In this document: in pieces, positions 1 through 12,170 of the stretch
Numbering within the stretch: the stretch's first letter is position 1
Layout of the letters: each line of letters begins with the position of its first letter
NCBI GenBank assembly: GCA_039930045.1
Contig: JBDSQB010000012.1
Coordinates: 114,570 to 178,569, forward strand
DNA: 64,000 nt
Origin: Chthoniobacterales bacterium
Lineage (GTDB): Bacteria; Verrucomicrobiota; Verrucomicrobiia; Chthoniobacterales; DASVRZ01
Reading direction: 5' to 3'
Notes under the pieces: generated by a model
Seen by the model: the letters and a program-made list of their open reading frames with translations, nothing else
The model's database searches: none
Told to the model about the DNA's origin: nothing
Translations under genes and position numbers: made by a program

Positions 1-262
1 ATAGGCTGGAGCTTTGGAAAGATCGCCGATAGTGCCAAAACATTTCCTCGACCCATCGTGCGCTGAGGCATTCCAAACCCAAAGTTGGCTCTTTGATCAG
101 CCCGAGACGAATGAGATCTTCGTGAATCTCGCCTGGCACTTGAGCGTCCCACGCCCGATCAAGCACGGCGTCTGGCTCGAACAAACGCGTGTGGCGATCA
201 CCTCGTTGGTTGTCATACCAGCGAACTTTCCAAGTTCCATTCAGATCAATACGTTCAGACAT
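1..262 (-). CDS. Glycoside hydrolase family 2 protein (beta-mannosidase-like), 5' fragment; the gene continues past the left window edge
   Basis: Not in the ORF track because it has no stop inside the window. A reverse-strand ATG at 262-260 opens MSERIDLNGTWKVRWYDNQRGD...AWDAQVPGEIHEDLIRLGLIKEPTLGLECLSARWVEEMFWHYRRSF. This fits the GH2 N-terminal sugar-binding domain pattern (LxGxW, VPG..H.DL...G.I..P, W.Y..F). The + strand ORF 14..289 is its antisense shadow. Confidence 0.6.
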   Translation of the reverse strand, partial: MSERIDLNGTWKVRWYDNQRGDRHTRLFEPDAVLDRAWDAQVPGEIHEDLIRLGLIKEPTLGLECLSARWVEEMFWHYRRSFQSSSL

Positions 263-360
263 ATAAGTTTCGCGCAGGGTGCTCTGTAAGGATTCGCGAA
301 GCAAGGAAGCCCCGAATCATATTATAGAATGGAATCCGAGTTGCACTGCGCAAATAATGA

Positions 361-3669
<3,309 letters not shown>

Positions 3670-3708
3670 CATCAAGCAAAGGCTGCAACTCATTCCAGGA
3701 ACCGCAGC

Positions 3709-4233
3709 TCAGGTTGTGTGGCGGTTTTTGATGTAGCAGACGAGCTTGTCTGGGTCGGCTTTTGTGGCCCACACCATGCGGAGAAAATCGGCGGGATGCA
3801 GGCCGTTTGTCTTGAAGAATTTCCGGTCGCCACCGCAGCAATACATGATCTCCGGCGGCAGCGCGCCTTCCAGAAATGCCTGTGCTTTTGGGATGATTCG
3901 CGGGAGCCATTCGATGCCGGCGTAAACCTCGTCCTTCGAGGGCAGATCGGTTTCCAGGATCGGAGTTACACTCCAATGGCGGTGCATCTCGTGCAGGAAA
4001 TAATCGCGCCGCGCGGCCACCATCAAGAGCACGGTGTCCCAGTCTGGCTCGCCCCGTCCGACCCAATCCTCGGCGTAGTCGTAGAGGTGAATCGGGCGCA
4101 ATCCAATGGAGGCTAGATAGGTGGTCTCGTCGTCGTTGAAGTAGGTGTCGGCCCCACGAACACCGCTGCGGTATTTGCCGACGGCGATGTCGTAGAGAGA
4201 GTGAAGTTGCTGGGTCCAGCGATTGAGTTCCAT
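3709..4233 (-). CDS. Hypothetical protein, DUF5069-like C-terminal half
   Basis: 174-aa ORF. The segment LPRIIPKAQAFLEGALPPEIMYCCGGDRKFFKTNGLHPADF resembles my recollection of the DUF5069 pattern. Function unknown. Confidence 0.5.
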   Translation of the reverse strand: MELNRWTQQLHSLYDIAVGKYRSGVRGADTYFNDDETTYLASIGLRPIHLYDYAEDWVGRGEPDWDTVLLMVAARRDYFLHEMHRHWSVTPILETDLPSKDEVYAGIEWLPRIIPKAQAFLEGALPPEIMYCCGGDRKFFKTNGLHPADFLRMVWATKADPDKLVCYIKNRHTT

Positions 4234-4269
4234 GGTTGTGTGTTTACGTTTGAGGCTGCGCGGCGGCTG

Positions 4270-6399
4270 CTATTTTTCGTCGAGGTAAGTGCCGATGGCC
4301 TCCAAAAATGGCGGGAGAACGGTCTCCGCTTTCACCGGGCCGACTCCTTTGATTCGCAGCGCAGCTTCCACGGTGCGCGGCTTCAGGCGCGAGAATGCCT
4401 CCAGCACGACATCGCCGAAAACGATGTAAGCCGGGACATTTTTCTCGGCCGCCAAATCGGATCGAACTCGCTTCAGGCTGGCCAGCAAATCGTGATCCAC
4501 TGGGATGGCCAACGCGCCGCTCGGTTCGCCGACGGCAAGTTCCATCGTCTCGGGCCAGCGCAAGGTGTAACCGCGCTCGCCGCGCATCACTTTGTTGCCA
4601 AACGCGGTGAGCGTCATCAGCGGATACGGGCCGCCGGTGGCGAGAACGAGTCCGCTTTCCTGCAGACTGCGAAAGAGTTCGTTCAGGTAAGCCGCTCCGT
4701 GCGAACGCAGCAATCCGTGAGTCGAAAGCCGGTCCAGGCCAGCGGCCAAAATTTCCCGCGAACGGCTCCCGAGCAGCGTCTGAACGATGCGGCCCTTGCC
4801 GAAACGCGCCTGCCATTCGCCGCCGACATTGGCGCTCATTCTAGCCACGCCGCTGAGGGCTTTTTGGACGAGAATCGCCTCAAACTCCGTTGGCGCGCGC
4901 TCCCCGGCGCGGGTGTCGTCGGTGCAAATATCGCAGTTTCCACAACGCGTCGCGCCCTCGTCGCCGAAGTATTCGAGAATCATTTCCTGACGGCAACGGC
5001 GTCCGTAGGCGAGATCGACCATGGATTTCAGCTTCTCGCGGTCGCGGCGTTCCTTCTCGCGGAGCGGCTCGAAATCAATCTTGAGTTCCTTGGAACTCCG
5101 CTCGCGCTGGAGGACTTTGGTTCCCCTCACCCGCTGGCCGGGGACATCGAAACGGTCAATCGCCCCCGCCCGATCCAGGATCGAAAGCGCTGAGCCGACG
5201 GACATTTCATTCACGTCCTGGCCGACCGCCTCGGCGATGTCGCGAATGGATTTCAACACCACGCCATCCGGGTCAGATAAGGATCGAAGTCGCTCGTAAA
5301 GGTCGAGGATCAACTCCTTCGACGGATTGCTGCCTTCGATGAAAAAATCCTGCACGCGCGTGTCGGCGAAGTTGAAAAACAGCTCGCAAACCGCCGGCTC
5401 GCCGTCGCGCCCGGCGCGTCCGGCCTCCTGATAATAGGCCTCGACACTCCCCGGAATCTCGAAGTGCGCCACGAAGCGAATGTCGGAGCGGTCGATGCCC
5501 ATTCCGAAGGCGTTTGTGGCCACGGCAATGTCGGCGTTGCCATCGACAAATTGATTTTGCGCCTCCGTCCGCGCTTCGTCACTGAGGCCGCCGTGATAGA
5601 CCACGAGTTTGACTTTTTTCTCCTTGAGCACTTCGGCGACGGCCTCGACGCGTTTGCGGGTGGCGCAATAGATCACGCCCGTTTTGTGCTCGGCGATGAG
5701 GGCATTCAGCCGCTCATATTTCTGCGACTCGCCCGTGGTGTGGGTGATCGCGAAACGCAGATTCGGACGCGCAAAGCCGGCGACAAATTCCACCGGGTTT
5801 TCCAGTCCGAGCCTTTGCAAAATATCCACGCGCACCACCGGGGTTGCGGTCGCGGTGAACGCCGCCGCCTGCGGATGTCCGAGTTCTTTGAGGACGCTGC
5901 CGAGCCGAAAATAATCGGGCCGGAAATCGTGACCCCACATGGACAAACAATGCGCCTCATCTACCGCGAAGAGCGCGATTTTGATGCCTACCAGCGTCCG
6001 CATAAAGGCCTGACTCCGAAAACGTTCCGGCGCGATATAGACCAATTTATAGCGTCCCTCCTCCATCCCACGCATCACCTCGCGCTGACCTTCGAGCGAG
6101 AGCGACGAGTTGATCAAAGCCGCCGGAATCCCTTTGTCCGCGAGGCCATCGACCTGGTCTTTCATCAGCGCGATCAGCGGCGAAACAACAATCGTCACGC
6201 CCTCCAGCAGCATGGCCGGGAGTTGAAAACAAAGCGACTTGCCGCCGCCCGTCGGCATGACGGTTAGAACGTCTTTGCCATCGAGAATCGCCTGCACGAC
6301 CGACTCCTGGGCATCGAGAAATTCCCGAAAACCGAAGTATTTTTCCAAAGCAGCGCGCGCATCCACAGGGCGCACACTGTTGGGCAAACGCCCGGCCAT
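4270..6399 (-). CDS. recQ: ATP-dependent DNA helicase RecQ
   Basis: 709 aa. Contains the DEAH box (VDEAHCLSMWGHDFRPDY), a helicase C region, an RQC Zn-binding Cys cluster (CRQEMILEYFGD...CGNCDIC) and a C-terminal HRDC-like region. Confidence 0.92.
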   Translation of the reverse strand: MAGRLPNSVRPVDARAALEKYFGFREFLDAQESVVQAILDGKDVLTVMPTGGGKSLCFQLPAMLLEGVTIVVSPLIALMKDQVDGLADKGIPAALINSSLSLEGQREVMRGMEEGRYKLVYIAPERFRSQAFMRTLVGIKIALFAVDEAHCLSMWGHDFRPDYFRLGSVLKELGHPQAAAFTATATPVVRVDILQRLGLENPVEFVAGFARPNLRFAITHTTGESQKYERLNALIAEHKTGVIYCATRKRVEAVAEVLKEKKVKLVVYHGGLSDEARTEAQNQFVDGNADIAVATNAFGMGIDRSDIRFVAHFEIPGSVEAYYQEAGRAGRDGEPAVCELFFNFADTRVQDFFIEGSNPSKELILDLYERLRSLSDPDGVVLKSIRDIAEAVGQDVNEMSVGSALSILDRAGAIDRFDVPGQRVRGTKVLQRERSSKELKIDFEPLREKERRDREKLKSMVDLAYGRRCRQEMILEYFGDEGATRCGNCDICTDDTRAGERAPTEFEAILVQKALSGVARMSANVGGEWQARFGKGRIVQTLLGSRSREILAAGLDRLSTHGLLRSHGAAYLNELFRSLQESGLVLATGGPYPLMTLTAFGNKVMRGERGYTLRWPETMELAVGEPSGALAIPVDHDLLASLKRVRSDLAAEKNVPAYIVFGDVVLEAFSRLKPRTVEAALRIKGVGPVKAETVLPPFLEAIGTYLDEK

Positions 6400-6471
6400 C
6401 GCAAGGACTTTGCCCGTCTATTTCCCGCCTTTGAGAGGACCGCAGACCGGAGTTCCAGCGTTATCTAACAT

Positions 6472-7068
6472 ATGAAACTTCTCAACAAACACGTCGCCAT
6501 TCTCGCCGCCGATGGATTTGAACAATCCGAACTCCAAGGTCCCAAGGAAGCCCTCGAACTGGCAGGAGCCACGGTCAGCATCGTCTCGCCCGCAGGCCGC
6601 ACCATCCAAGCCATGAAACACGCCGACAAAGGCGATGTCTTCGACGTCGATCTGCCGCTCGACCACGCGAAACCGGAGGACTTCGACGCCCTCATGCTCC
6701 CCGGCGGATTGATGAATCCCGACACGCTGCGGACCAACGAGGACGCGCTCCAGTTCGTGCGCCATTTCGCCGAGGCGGGCAAACCCATCGGTGCGATCTG
6801 TCACGCGCCGTGGATCCTGATCAATGCCGGACTCGTCGCAGGCCGCCGCCTCACCTCGTGGGAAGCAATTTCCAGAGACGTGGAAAACGCTGGCGGCCTC
6901 TGGGAAAACAGCGAAGTCGTCTGCGACAACGGCCTCGTGACCAGCCGCAAACCCGCCGACATTCCTGCCTTCTCCGACAAGTTGATCGAAGAAATCGCCG
7001 AGGGCCGTCACTCCGGCATGGCGGCAGCCGCCACTGTCACCGCTGATTACGACAAAAACTCCGCGTAG
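6472..7068 (+). CDS. DJ-1/PfpI family protein (type 1 glutamine amidotransferase-like)
   Basis: 198 aa with the nucleophile-elbow motif GAICHAPW and a typical N-terminus (KHVAILAADGFEQSEL). Confidence 0.85.
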   Translation: MKLLNKHVAILAADGFEQSELQGPKEALELAGATVSIVSPAGRTIQAMKHADKGDVFDVDLPLDHAKPEDFDALMLPGGLMNPDTLRTNEDALQFVRHFAEAGKPIGAICHAPWILINAGLVAGRRLTSWEAISRDVENAGGLWENSEVVCDNGLVTSRKPADIPAFSDKLIEEIAEGRHSGMAAAATVTADYDKNSA

Positions 7069-8119
7069 TTGCGAGAGCGGGGTAATCCGTGTAACCGGTC
7101 GTGCCCTGCGCGTAGAACGTCTGCGGCTGTGGCTCGTTGAGCGGGGCATTTTCCGCGAAACGCCGGGGAAGGTCGGGGTTCGCAATGAAGAGCTGGCCCC
7201 AGGCGACGGCGTCGGCTGTGCCCGCCTCGATTGCAGCTTCGGCGGATTCCTTGGTGAAAACCTGGTTCGCAATGAAGGTGCCGCCAAATTTCTTCTTCAG
7301 CTCCGGCCCGAGTTCGCTTCCATCGTAAGCTTCCCGCGAGCAGATGAACGCGATCTTCCGTTTGCCTAATTCCGTCGCCACATACCCAAAGGTCGCCGCT
7401 GGATTTTCGTCCGCGATCCCCTGCGTGCCGCCCTTGGGCGCGAGATGCATCCCGACGCGATCCGCGCCCCAGACGTCGATGACCTGATCCGTGACGTCCA
7501 GCATGAGGCGCGCTCGGTTTTCCACCGGACCTCCATAGATATCAGTGCGGAGATTGGTGCCCGTTTGCAGAAATTGATCGAGCAAATACCCGTTCGCGCC
7601 GTGGATTTCCACTCCGTCGAAGTCGGCCCGCAGCGCATTCTCCGCCCCGCGCCGATAGGCCGCCACGATCCCCGGGATTTCGTCCAACTCCAGCGCGCGC
7701 GGCGTCACATATTCCTTCATGGGCCGGATCTGGCTCACATGGCCCTCGGGCTTGACCGCACTCGGCGCGACCGGCAGCTCGCCATTCAAATACGAGGGGT
7801 CCGACACGCGACCGACATGCCAGAGCTGGAGAAAAATCCTCCCGCCTACTTCGTGGACCGCCGTGGTGATTTTTCTCCAACCCGCCACCTGCTCACCGCT
7901 CCAAATGCCCGGCGTATCGGGGTAGCCGACGCCCATCGGATCGACGCTGGTGGCCTCGGAAATGATGAGACCCGCCGTGGCGCGCTGGCGGTAATACTCG
8001 GCCATGAGGTCGTTGGGCACGCGTCCGTCGCTGGCCCGGCAGCGCGTGAGCGGGGCCATGATGATGCGATTGGGCAGGGTAAGCGATCCGAGTTGCAGTG
8101 GCGTGTGGAGAATGGACAT
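7037..8119 (-). CDS. Old Yellow Enzyme family NADH:flavin oxidoreductase (alkene / N-ethylmaleimide reductase type)
   Basis: 360 aa with motifs LTLPNRIIMAPLTRCRA and HGANGYLLDQFL. The 3' end overlaps the convergent PfpI gene by 32 nt. Confidence 0.88.
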   Translation of the reverse strand: MSILHTPLQLGSLTLPNRIIMAPLTRCRASDGRVPNDLMAEYYRQRATAGLIISEATSVDPMGVGYPDTPGIWSGEQVAGWRKITTAVHEVGGRIFLQLWHVGRVSDPSYLNGELPVAPSAVKPEGHVSQIRPMKEYVTPRALELDEIPGIVAAYRRGAENALRADFDGVEIHGANGYLLDQFLQTGTNLRTDIYGGPVENRARLMLDVTDQVIDVWGADRVGMHLAPKGGTQGIADENPAATFGYVATELGKRKIAFICSREAYDGSELGPELKKKFGGTFIANQVFTKESAEAAIEAGTADAVAWGQLFIANPDLPRRFAENAPLNEPQPQTFYAQGTTGYTDYPALATTRSFCRNQR

Positions 8120-8200
8120 AGTTCGGTGATTCTCGAACTTACAGGTCTATTGTCAACTGCTTTCCAGCCGCTGAGGTCGGTGCCATCGCGGACTAATGCT

Positions 8201-8239
8201 AAAAAAGAAAGCCCGCCGGTGATGGCGGGCTTCTTTTTA
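8201..8239 (-). terminator. Rho-independent terminator after the small Cys/His-rich lipoprotein gene
   Basis: Perfect 9-bp stem AAGCCCGCC (8209-8217) / GGCGGGCTT (8224-8232) with loop GGTGAT. On the minus strand it is followed by a T-rich run (the A-run 8201-8210 on the plus strand). Confidence 0.65.
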
Positions 8240-8269
8240 ACGTTAGGGCTGAGTCGAATGAAACTCGAC

Positions 8270-8476
8270 TTAGGATTTTGGCTTTTGCTTGGCCTTCTCC
8301 ATGGTGCCGCCGTGGTGCATCGGGCAACTCATGTTGTGGCAATCCTTGGCGCTTTTGGCGTGGCATTCCGCTTTGTGGGCGGAACATTCAGCCTTGTGCA
8401 TGGGGCATTGTTTCGACGTGGCGCAACCGGTGAAGGCGAGGCCAAGCATGGACAGGATCAGGAGGGATGTTTTCAT
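8270..8476 (-). CDS. Small Cys/His-rich lipoprotein (putative periplasmic metal-binding protein)
   Basis: ATG at 8476 gives MKTSLLILSMLGLAFTGC, a signal peptide with a lipobox. The mature part is CATSKQCPMHKAECSAHKAECHAKSAKDCHNMSCPMHHGG..., followed by a strong terminator. The track ORF starts 12 codons further upstream. Confidence 0.55.
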   Translation of the reverse strand: MKTSLLILSMLGLAFTGCATSKQCPMHKAECSAHKAECHAKSAKDCHNMSCPMHHGGTMEKAKQKPKS

Positions 8477-8573
8477 ATTGGTTATCCAACTCCCAAAAGC
8501 GTCTGTCGTCAATGGTGGGCGTGCCGTAGGTCAGTCGGTGACGGCGGCGGGTTTCTTTGCTAACGTCGCGGGC

Positions 8574-9272
8574 ATGGACACGATTTTGATCACGGGCGCG
8601 AATCGCGGCATCGGGCTCGCCCTCACCGAGGAATGCCTGAAACTCGGCCACTCCGTCATTGCCACGGCGCGCGATCTCTCGAAGGCGACGGAACTCGCGG
8701 CGTTGCAGGAAAAATTTCCCAATCGACTTGCATTGCACTCGCTGGAGGTGACTTCCGAGGCATCGGTCGCGAAGCTCGCGGCGGAAGTTTCCAAGGTCGA
8801 TGTGTTGGTGAACAACGCCGCGGTTTTTCCGGAGGACGGCGAGGAAACGGTGGATCGCTGGCAGATGACGCATCTCACGGAGGCGTTTGAGACGAATGTG
8901 GTGGGCGTAGCGCGAGTGACCCAGGCTATGCTCGGGCCGTTGCGGAAATCGGCGGCACCGAGGGTGGTGAATATATCGTCCACTGCGGGGTCGATCTCGG
9001 GGAAGCACTCCCATTTTTATTACGCCTATTCGACCTCGAAGGCCGCGCTGAACATGCTGACGCGGGCGATGGCATTCGACTTAAAGTCACATGGCATCAC
9101 GGTCGTCGCGGTGAATCCGGGCTGGGTGCAAACGGAAATGGGCGGGGCGGATGCGACGCTCACGACGGAGGAATCGGCCGCTGCGCTGGCGAAATTGCTG
9201 GGGAAATTGACGTTGCAGGACGCCGCCAGTTTCCTCGAACGCGATGGCGCGCCGTGCCGCTATGCCTGGTAA
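8574..9272 (+). CDS. Short-chain dehydrogenase/reductase (SDR) family oxidoreductase
   Basis: The internal ATG at 8574 gives MDTILITGANRGIG (the TGxxxGIG NAD(P) motif) and a catalytic YSTSK (YxxxK). The upstream 95 codons of the track ORF are antisense to the lipoprotein gene. Confidence 0.88.
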   Translation: MDTILITGANRGIGLALTEECLKLGHSVIATARDLSKATELAALQEKFPNRLALHSLEVTSEASVAKLAAEVSKVDVLVNNAAVFPEDGEETVDRWQMTHLTEAFETNVVGVARVTQAMLGPLRKSAAPRVVNISSTAGSISGKHSHFYYAYSTSKAALNMLTRAMAFDLKSHGITVVAVNPGWVQTEMGGADATLTTEESAAALAKLLGKLTLQDAASFLERDGAPCRYAW

Positions 9273-9942
9273 AAAAGAACGGAGTTGGAGTGCAATCGGG
9301 CTGGTTGTTAGCGCGGTGTTGCTGGCGGGCGCGTGCGTTTTCCTCGCGTTGCAACCGCGACCACCAAAGGGAAATCCCGATCCGCGTTTCTGGCCGGTGG
9401 ATGCGGTGACTCTGGCCACGCTGCCGCTGGCGACGCGGTTCGACATGCCGCTGGGCAGCGAACACGGCGCGCTGGTTTACAATGCACAGCCGTTCACGGA
9501 AAACCGCCATCTGGGCGACGACCTCAATGGTATTGGCGGCGAAAACACCGACTTCGGGGACCCGGTTTACGCAATTGCCAATGGGCGCGTGATCTACACT
9601 GGCTGGCCCGCCGATGGCTGGGGAAATCTCATTCTCGTGATGCACGCCTACGAGGAAAATGGCCGGCGGCGCTACGTGCAATCGTGTTACGCCCACCTGA
9701 ATACGATGGAAGTCCACCCCGGCGAACTCGTCCGGCGCGGCCAGAAAATCGCGACGGTGGGGACAGCGGGCGGGCATTATCTGGCGCATCTGCATTTCGA
9801 GTTGCGTGAGTTTATGACTCCCTTCATCGGCCCCGGCTACCGGGCAGACGCACGGGGCTGGCTCGATCCCTCGGAGTTTGTGCGCCAGCATCGCGGTGCG
9901 GCGGAATCGGACTTGCGGACGGAGCCGACGATCGGTCCCTGA
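9244..9942 (+). CDS. M23 family metallopeptidase (membrane-anchored)
   Basis: 232 aa with an N-terminal TM helix, an HxxxD-like region (HLGDDLNG) and the HLHFE motif of LytM/M23 peptidases. The start (9244 or 9262) overlaps the SDR stop. Confidence 0.85.
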   Translation: MARRAAMPGKKERSWSAIGLVVSAVLLAGACVFLALQPRPPKGNPDPRFWPVDAVTLATLPLATRFDMPLGSEHGALVYNAQPFTENRHLGDDLNGIGGENTDFGDPVYAIANGRVIYTGWPADGWGNLILVMHAYEENGRRRYVQSCYAHLNTMEVHPGELVRRGQKIATVGTAGGHYLAHLHFELREFMTPFIGPGYRADARGWLDPSEFVRQHRGAAESDLRTEPTIGP

Positions 9943-10048
9943 AAAAAAAGACCAGAGAGCTACGGCAAAGAGAAGCTGGCTACCGTTGCTGCCTTCCGGC
10001 CCTGGCGGGGTTTGCCGGTTCGCAGTCCATAGTCCCTGGCAGCGGCAA
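9943..10048 (-). ncRNA. ffs: Putative signal recognition particle RNA (small 4.5S type)
   Basis: The minus strand reads ...CGCCAGGGCCGGAAGGCAGCAACGG... (plus-strand coordinates 9983-10005). This matches the universally conserved SRP domain IV core CAGG-NCC-GGAA-GGN-AGCA, with a compensatory G-C pair where E. coli has U-A. Flanking segments can pair (CGGCAAA/UUUGCCG, CCAGGG/CUCUGG), and the RNA ends in a U8 tract (9943-9950). End coordinates are approximate. Confidence 0.55.
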
Positions 10049-10198
10049 AGTAGGGAGGAAAGCCGCGCAGGCAACTGTTTTTTAGAAAAAATCGAGCGTT
10101 GTAGGTTGTCACCAAAAAAAAACATCGCTTATGATCTGTTTCTGCTAGAAAACATCCCGCTTCACTGATACTTACATTCATTCCCTACCCAGACATCC

Positions 10199-10978
10199 AT
10201 GCCTAAGATTCTTCTCATTCTCTCTGTCGTTTTCATGCTCGGTTCCGCCGTGCTCGGTTTCCTTAACAAAGGCAAACTAGACACCGCCGCAGCTGGAGAG
10301 GCCACCGCTAAAAACTCCATCGCCGCAGCCACTGCGGAAGCGGACAAAGCGAAGAAAGCCGCCAAGGACACCAGCGAAAAACTCACCGCCGAAACCGCCA
10401 AGGTCGCCGACATGGAGCAGAAAGTCTCAACAGCGGAGGCTCAAGGTGCCAAGTCCGCCGCTGACGTGACCAACCTCACGGCCCAGCTCACCGACAAAAC
10501 CGCCGCCCTCGACGCCGCAAATGCGGAGATGGAAAAACTCAAGGCCGCTCCTCCAGCTCCAACGCCTGAAGCGCCCGTTCCTGACAACGCCGCCCAAGTC
10601 GCCGAGCTGACCGCACAAATCGAGGCACTCAAGAGCGAAAAACAAATCATCGGCGACAAACTCGTGTCCGCCGAAGCCAAAACCAAGGAACTCAACGAGG
10701 TGGTTTCCAAGACCAAGAACGCCGTTATGACCAAAGGGCTCGAAGGCCAGGTCATCGCCGTCAACCAAGCCTGGGGCTTTGTCGTTCTCAACCTCGGCAT
10801 GCACAGTGGTGCCGTGGCCAACGCCGAAATGGTTGTCATGCGTGACGGCGACCGCGTGGGCAAAGTCAAAATCACCTCCGTCGAGCCTTCCAATTCGATC
10901 GCCGACATTGTTGCCTCCAGCGTTCCCAACGGCCAGCGCGTGCTGCCAGGCGACCGCGTGATTTACGGCGGCAACTAA
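10199..10978 (+). CDS. Membrane-anchored coiled-coil protein with a C-terminal beta-rich domain (function unknown)
   Basis: 259 aa with an N-terminal TM helix, a long Ala/Lys/Glu-rich coiled-coil and a Pro-rich linker. The C-terminal domain (GQVIAVNQAWGFVVLNLG...GKVKITSVEP) is loosely MreC-like. Confidence 0.65.
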   Translation: MPKILLILSVVFMLGSAVLGFLNKGKLDTAAAGEATAKNSIAAATAEADKAKKAAKDTSEKLTAETAKVADMEQKVSTAEAQGAKSAADVTNLTAQLTDKTAALDAANAEMEKLKAAPPAPTPEAPVPDNAAQVAELTAQIEALKSEKQIIGDKLVSAEAKTKELNEVVSKTKNAVMTKGLEGQVIAVNQAWGFVVLNLGMHSGAVANAEMVVMRDGDRVGKVKITSVEPSNSIADIVASSVPNGQRVLPGDRVIYGGN

Positions 10979-10987
10979 CCGATTCTT

Positions 10988-11185
10988 ATGATTCAGCGCA
11001 CGGCATTTTTCCTTCTCATTGCAGGCACGGCGACGCTCTTCAGCTCCTGTGCCACCCAGGAAAAGCCCGTTGCGCAAACGCCCGCTTTTGGCGAGCCAAC
11101 CAGCACGATTCCGTGGAATCAGCCCCAGAAATGGGAAGGCGGCGGCGCTGGCTTCAATGCCATGCGCGGCAACGAAGAGAATTAA
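10988..11185 (+). CDS. Small putative lipoprotein
   Basis: 65 aa with a signal peptide and lipobox LFSSC. It starts 9 nt after the preceding gene. Confidence 0.45.
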   Translation: MIQRTAFFLLIAGTATLFSSCATQEKPVAQTPAFGEPTSTIPWNQPQKWEGGGAGFNAMRGNEEN

Positions 11186-11252
11186 GAAACGCCTGCAGAT
11201 AGCGATGGAACTCGCTTGAAAAGCGGTTCGCTGCGGGAAAATTTCACCCGTC

Positions 11253-12170
11253 ATGTCAGGTCGCATTCTCATCATTCGTGGGGGCGCGATTGGTGATTTC
11301 CTCCTCACGCTTCCAGCGATTGGGCTGATCCGGCAGAACCTGCCGAAGACCCGGATCGAAGTCCTCGGTTACCCATCGATCACCCGCCTCGCGCTCAGTC
11401 CGAAGTATGCGGACGCGGTGCATTCCATCGAATACGCCCCGCTCGCCGGATTCTTCAGCCGCCGTCTACAGCTTGATCCGGAAATGGTGACTTTCTTTGC
11501 CAGTTTCCAACAAGTCATCAGCTATCTCTACGACCCGGATGAGATTTTTGCGCAAAACCTGCGCACTGCCGGAGTCAAAAACCTCCTCACCGGTCCCGGC
11601 AAACTGAGCGACGACGCCCACGCAGTGCAACAACTTGCGCGTCCGCTGGAAAAAATGGCGTTCTTTCTGGAGGAACCCACGGCCGAGTTCAATCCGACTC
11701 AGACCGATTTGGCGGCGGCAGCGGCGATTCTGCCCGCGCAGCCGTTCATCGCGCTGCACCCCGGCAGCGGGGGCAAAAGGAAAATCTGGCCTCTGGAAAA
11801 CTGGCGGAAACTCATCGCCTTCCTGCTGGAACACCAGCAGTCCATTCTCCTCGTCGGCGGCGAGGCGGATGACGAAAACATCGCCGTTTTACGATCTGAG
11901 TTCCATTTGCCTCTGGCCGATCATTTGCCGCTGCGAACGCTCGGGGCGGTGCTCTCGCAGAGTCAGCTTTTTCTCGGACACGACAGCGGGATTTCGCATC
12001 TGGCCGCCGCCGCAGGCGCGCGCTGCCTGCTTCTGTTTGGCCCGACCGACCCGGAAATCTGGGCGCCACTGAATCCGAAGGTGGAAATTATCACCTCGCC
12101 TGACGCGACGATGGAAGCCATCGCCTTCGATGCGGTCGCCGAGCAGGTCAAAGTCCTCCTCGCGAGCTAA
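11253..12170 (+). CDS. Glycosyltransferase family 9 (heptosyltransferase-like)
   Basis: 305 aa. The N-terminus RILIIRGGAIGDFLLTLPA and the C-terminal GHDSGISHLAAA motif are typical of GT9. Confidence 0.8.
   Translation: MSGRILIIRGGAIGDFLLTLPAIGLIRQNLPKTRIEVLGYPSITRLALSPKYADAVHSIEYAPLAGFFSRRLQLDPEMVTFFASFQQVISYLYDPDEIFAQNLRTAGVKNLLTGPGKLSDDAHAVQQLARPLEKMAFFLEEPTAEFNPTQTDLAAAAAILPAQPFIALHPGSGGKRKIWPLENWRKLIAFLLEHQQSILLVGGEADDENIAVLRSEFHLPLADHLPLRTLGAVLSQSQLFLGHDSGISHLAAAAGARCLLLFGPTDPEIWAPLNPKVEIITSPDATMEAIAFDAVAEQVKVLLAS

Noticed and set aside
14-289. A 91-aa plus-strand ORF (TTG start) at the left edge.
   Set aside because: It has no recognisable motif and lies exactly antisense to a convincing GH2 N-terminal coding sequence on the minus strand (ATG at 262). 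I treat it as a shadow ORF.
7037-7068. Convergent gene overlaps: 7037-7068 (32 nt), 12167-12170 and 32430-32433 (4 nt each).
   Set aside because: They are probably just genome compaction or slightly over-extended C-termini. No additional signal is seen, so I note them without proposing a feature.
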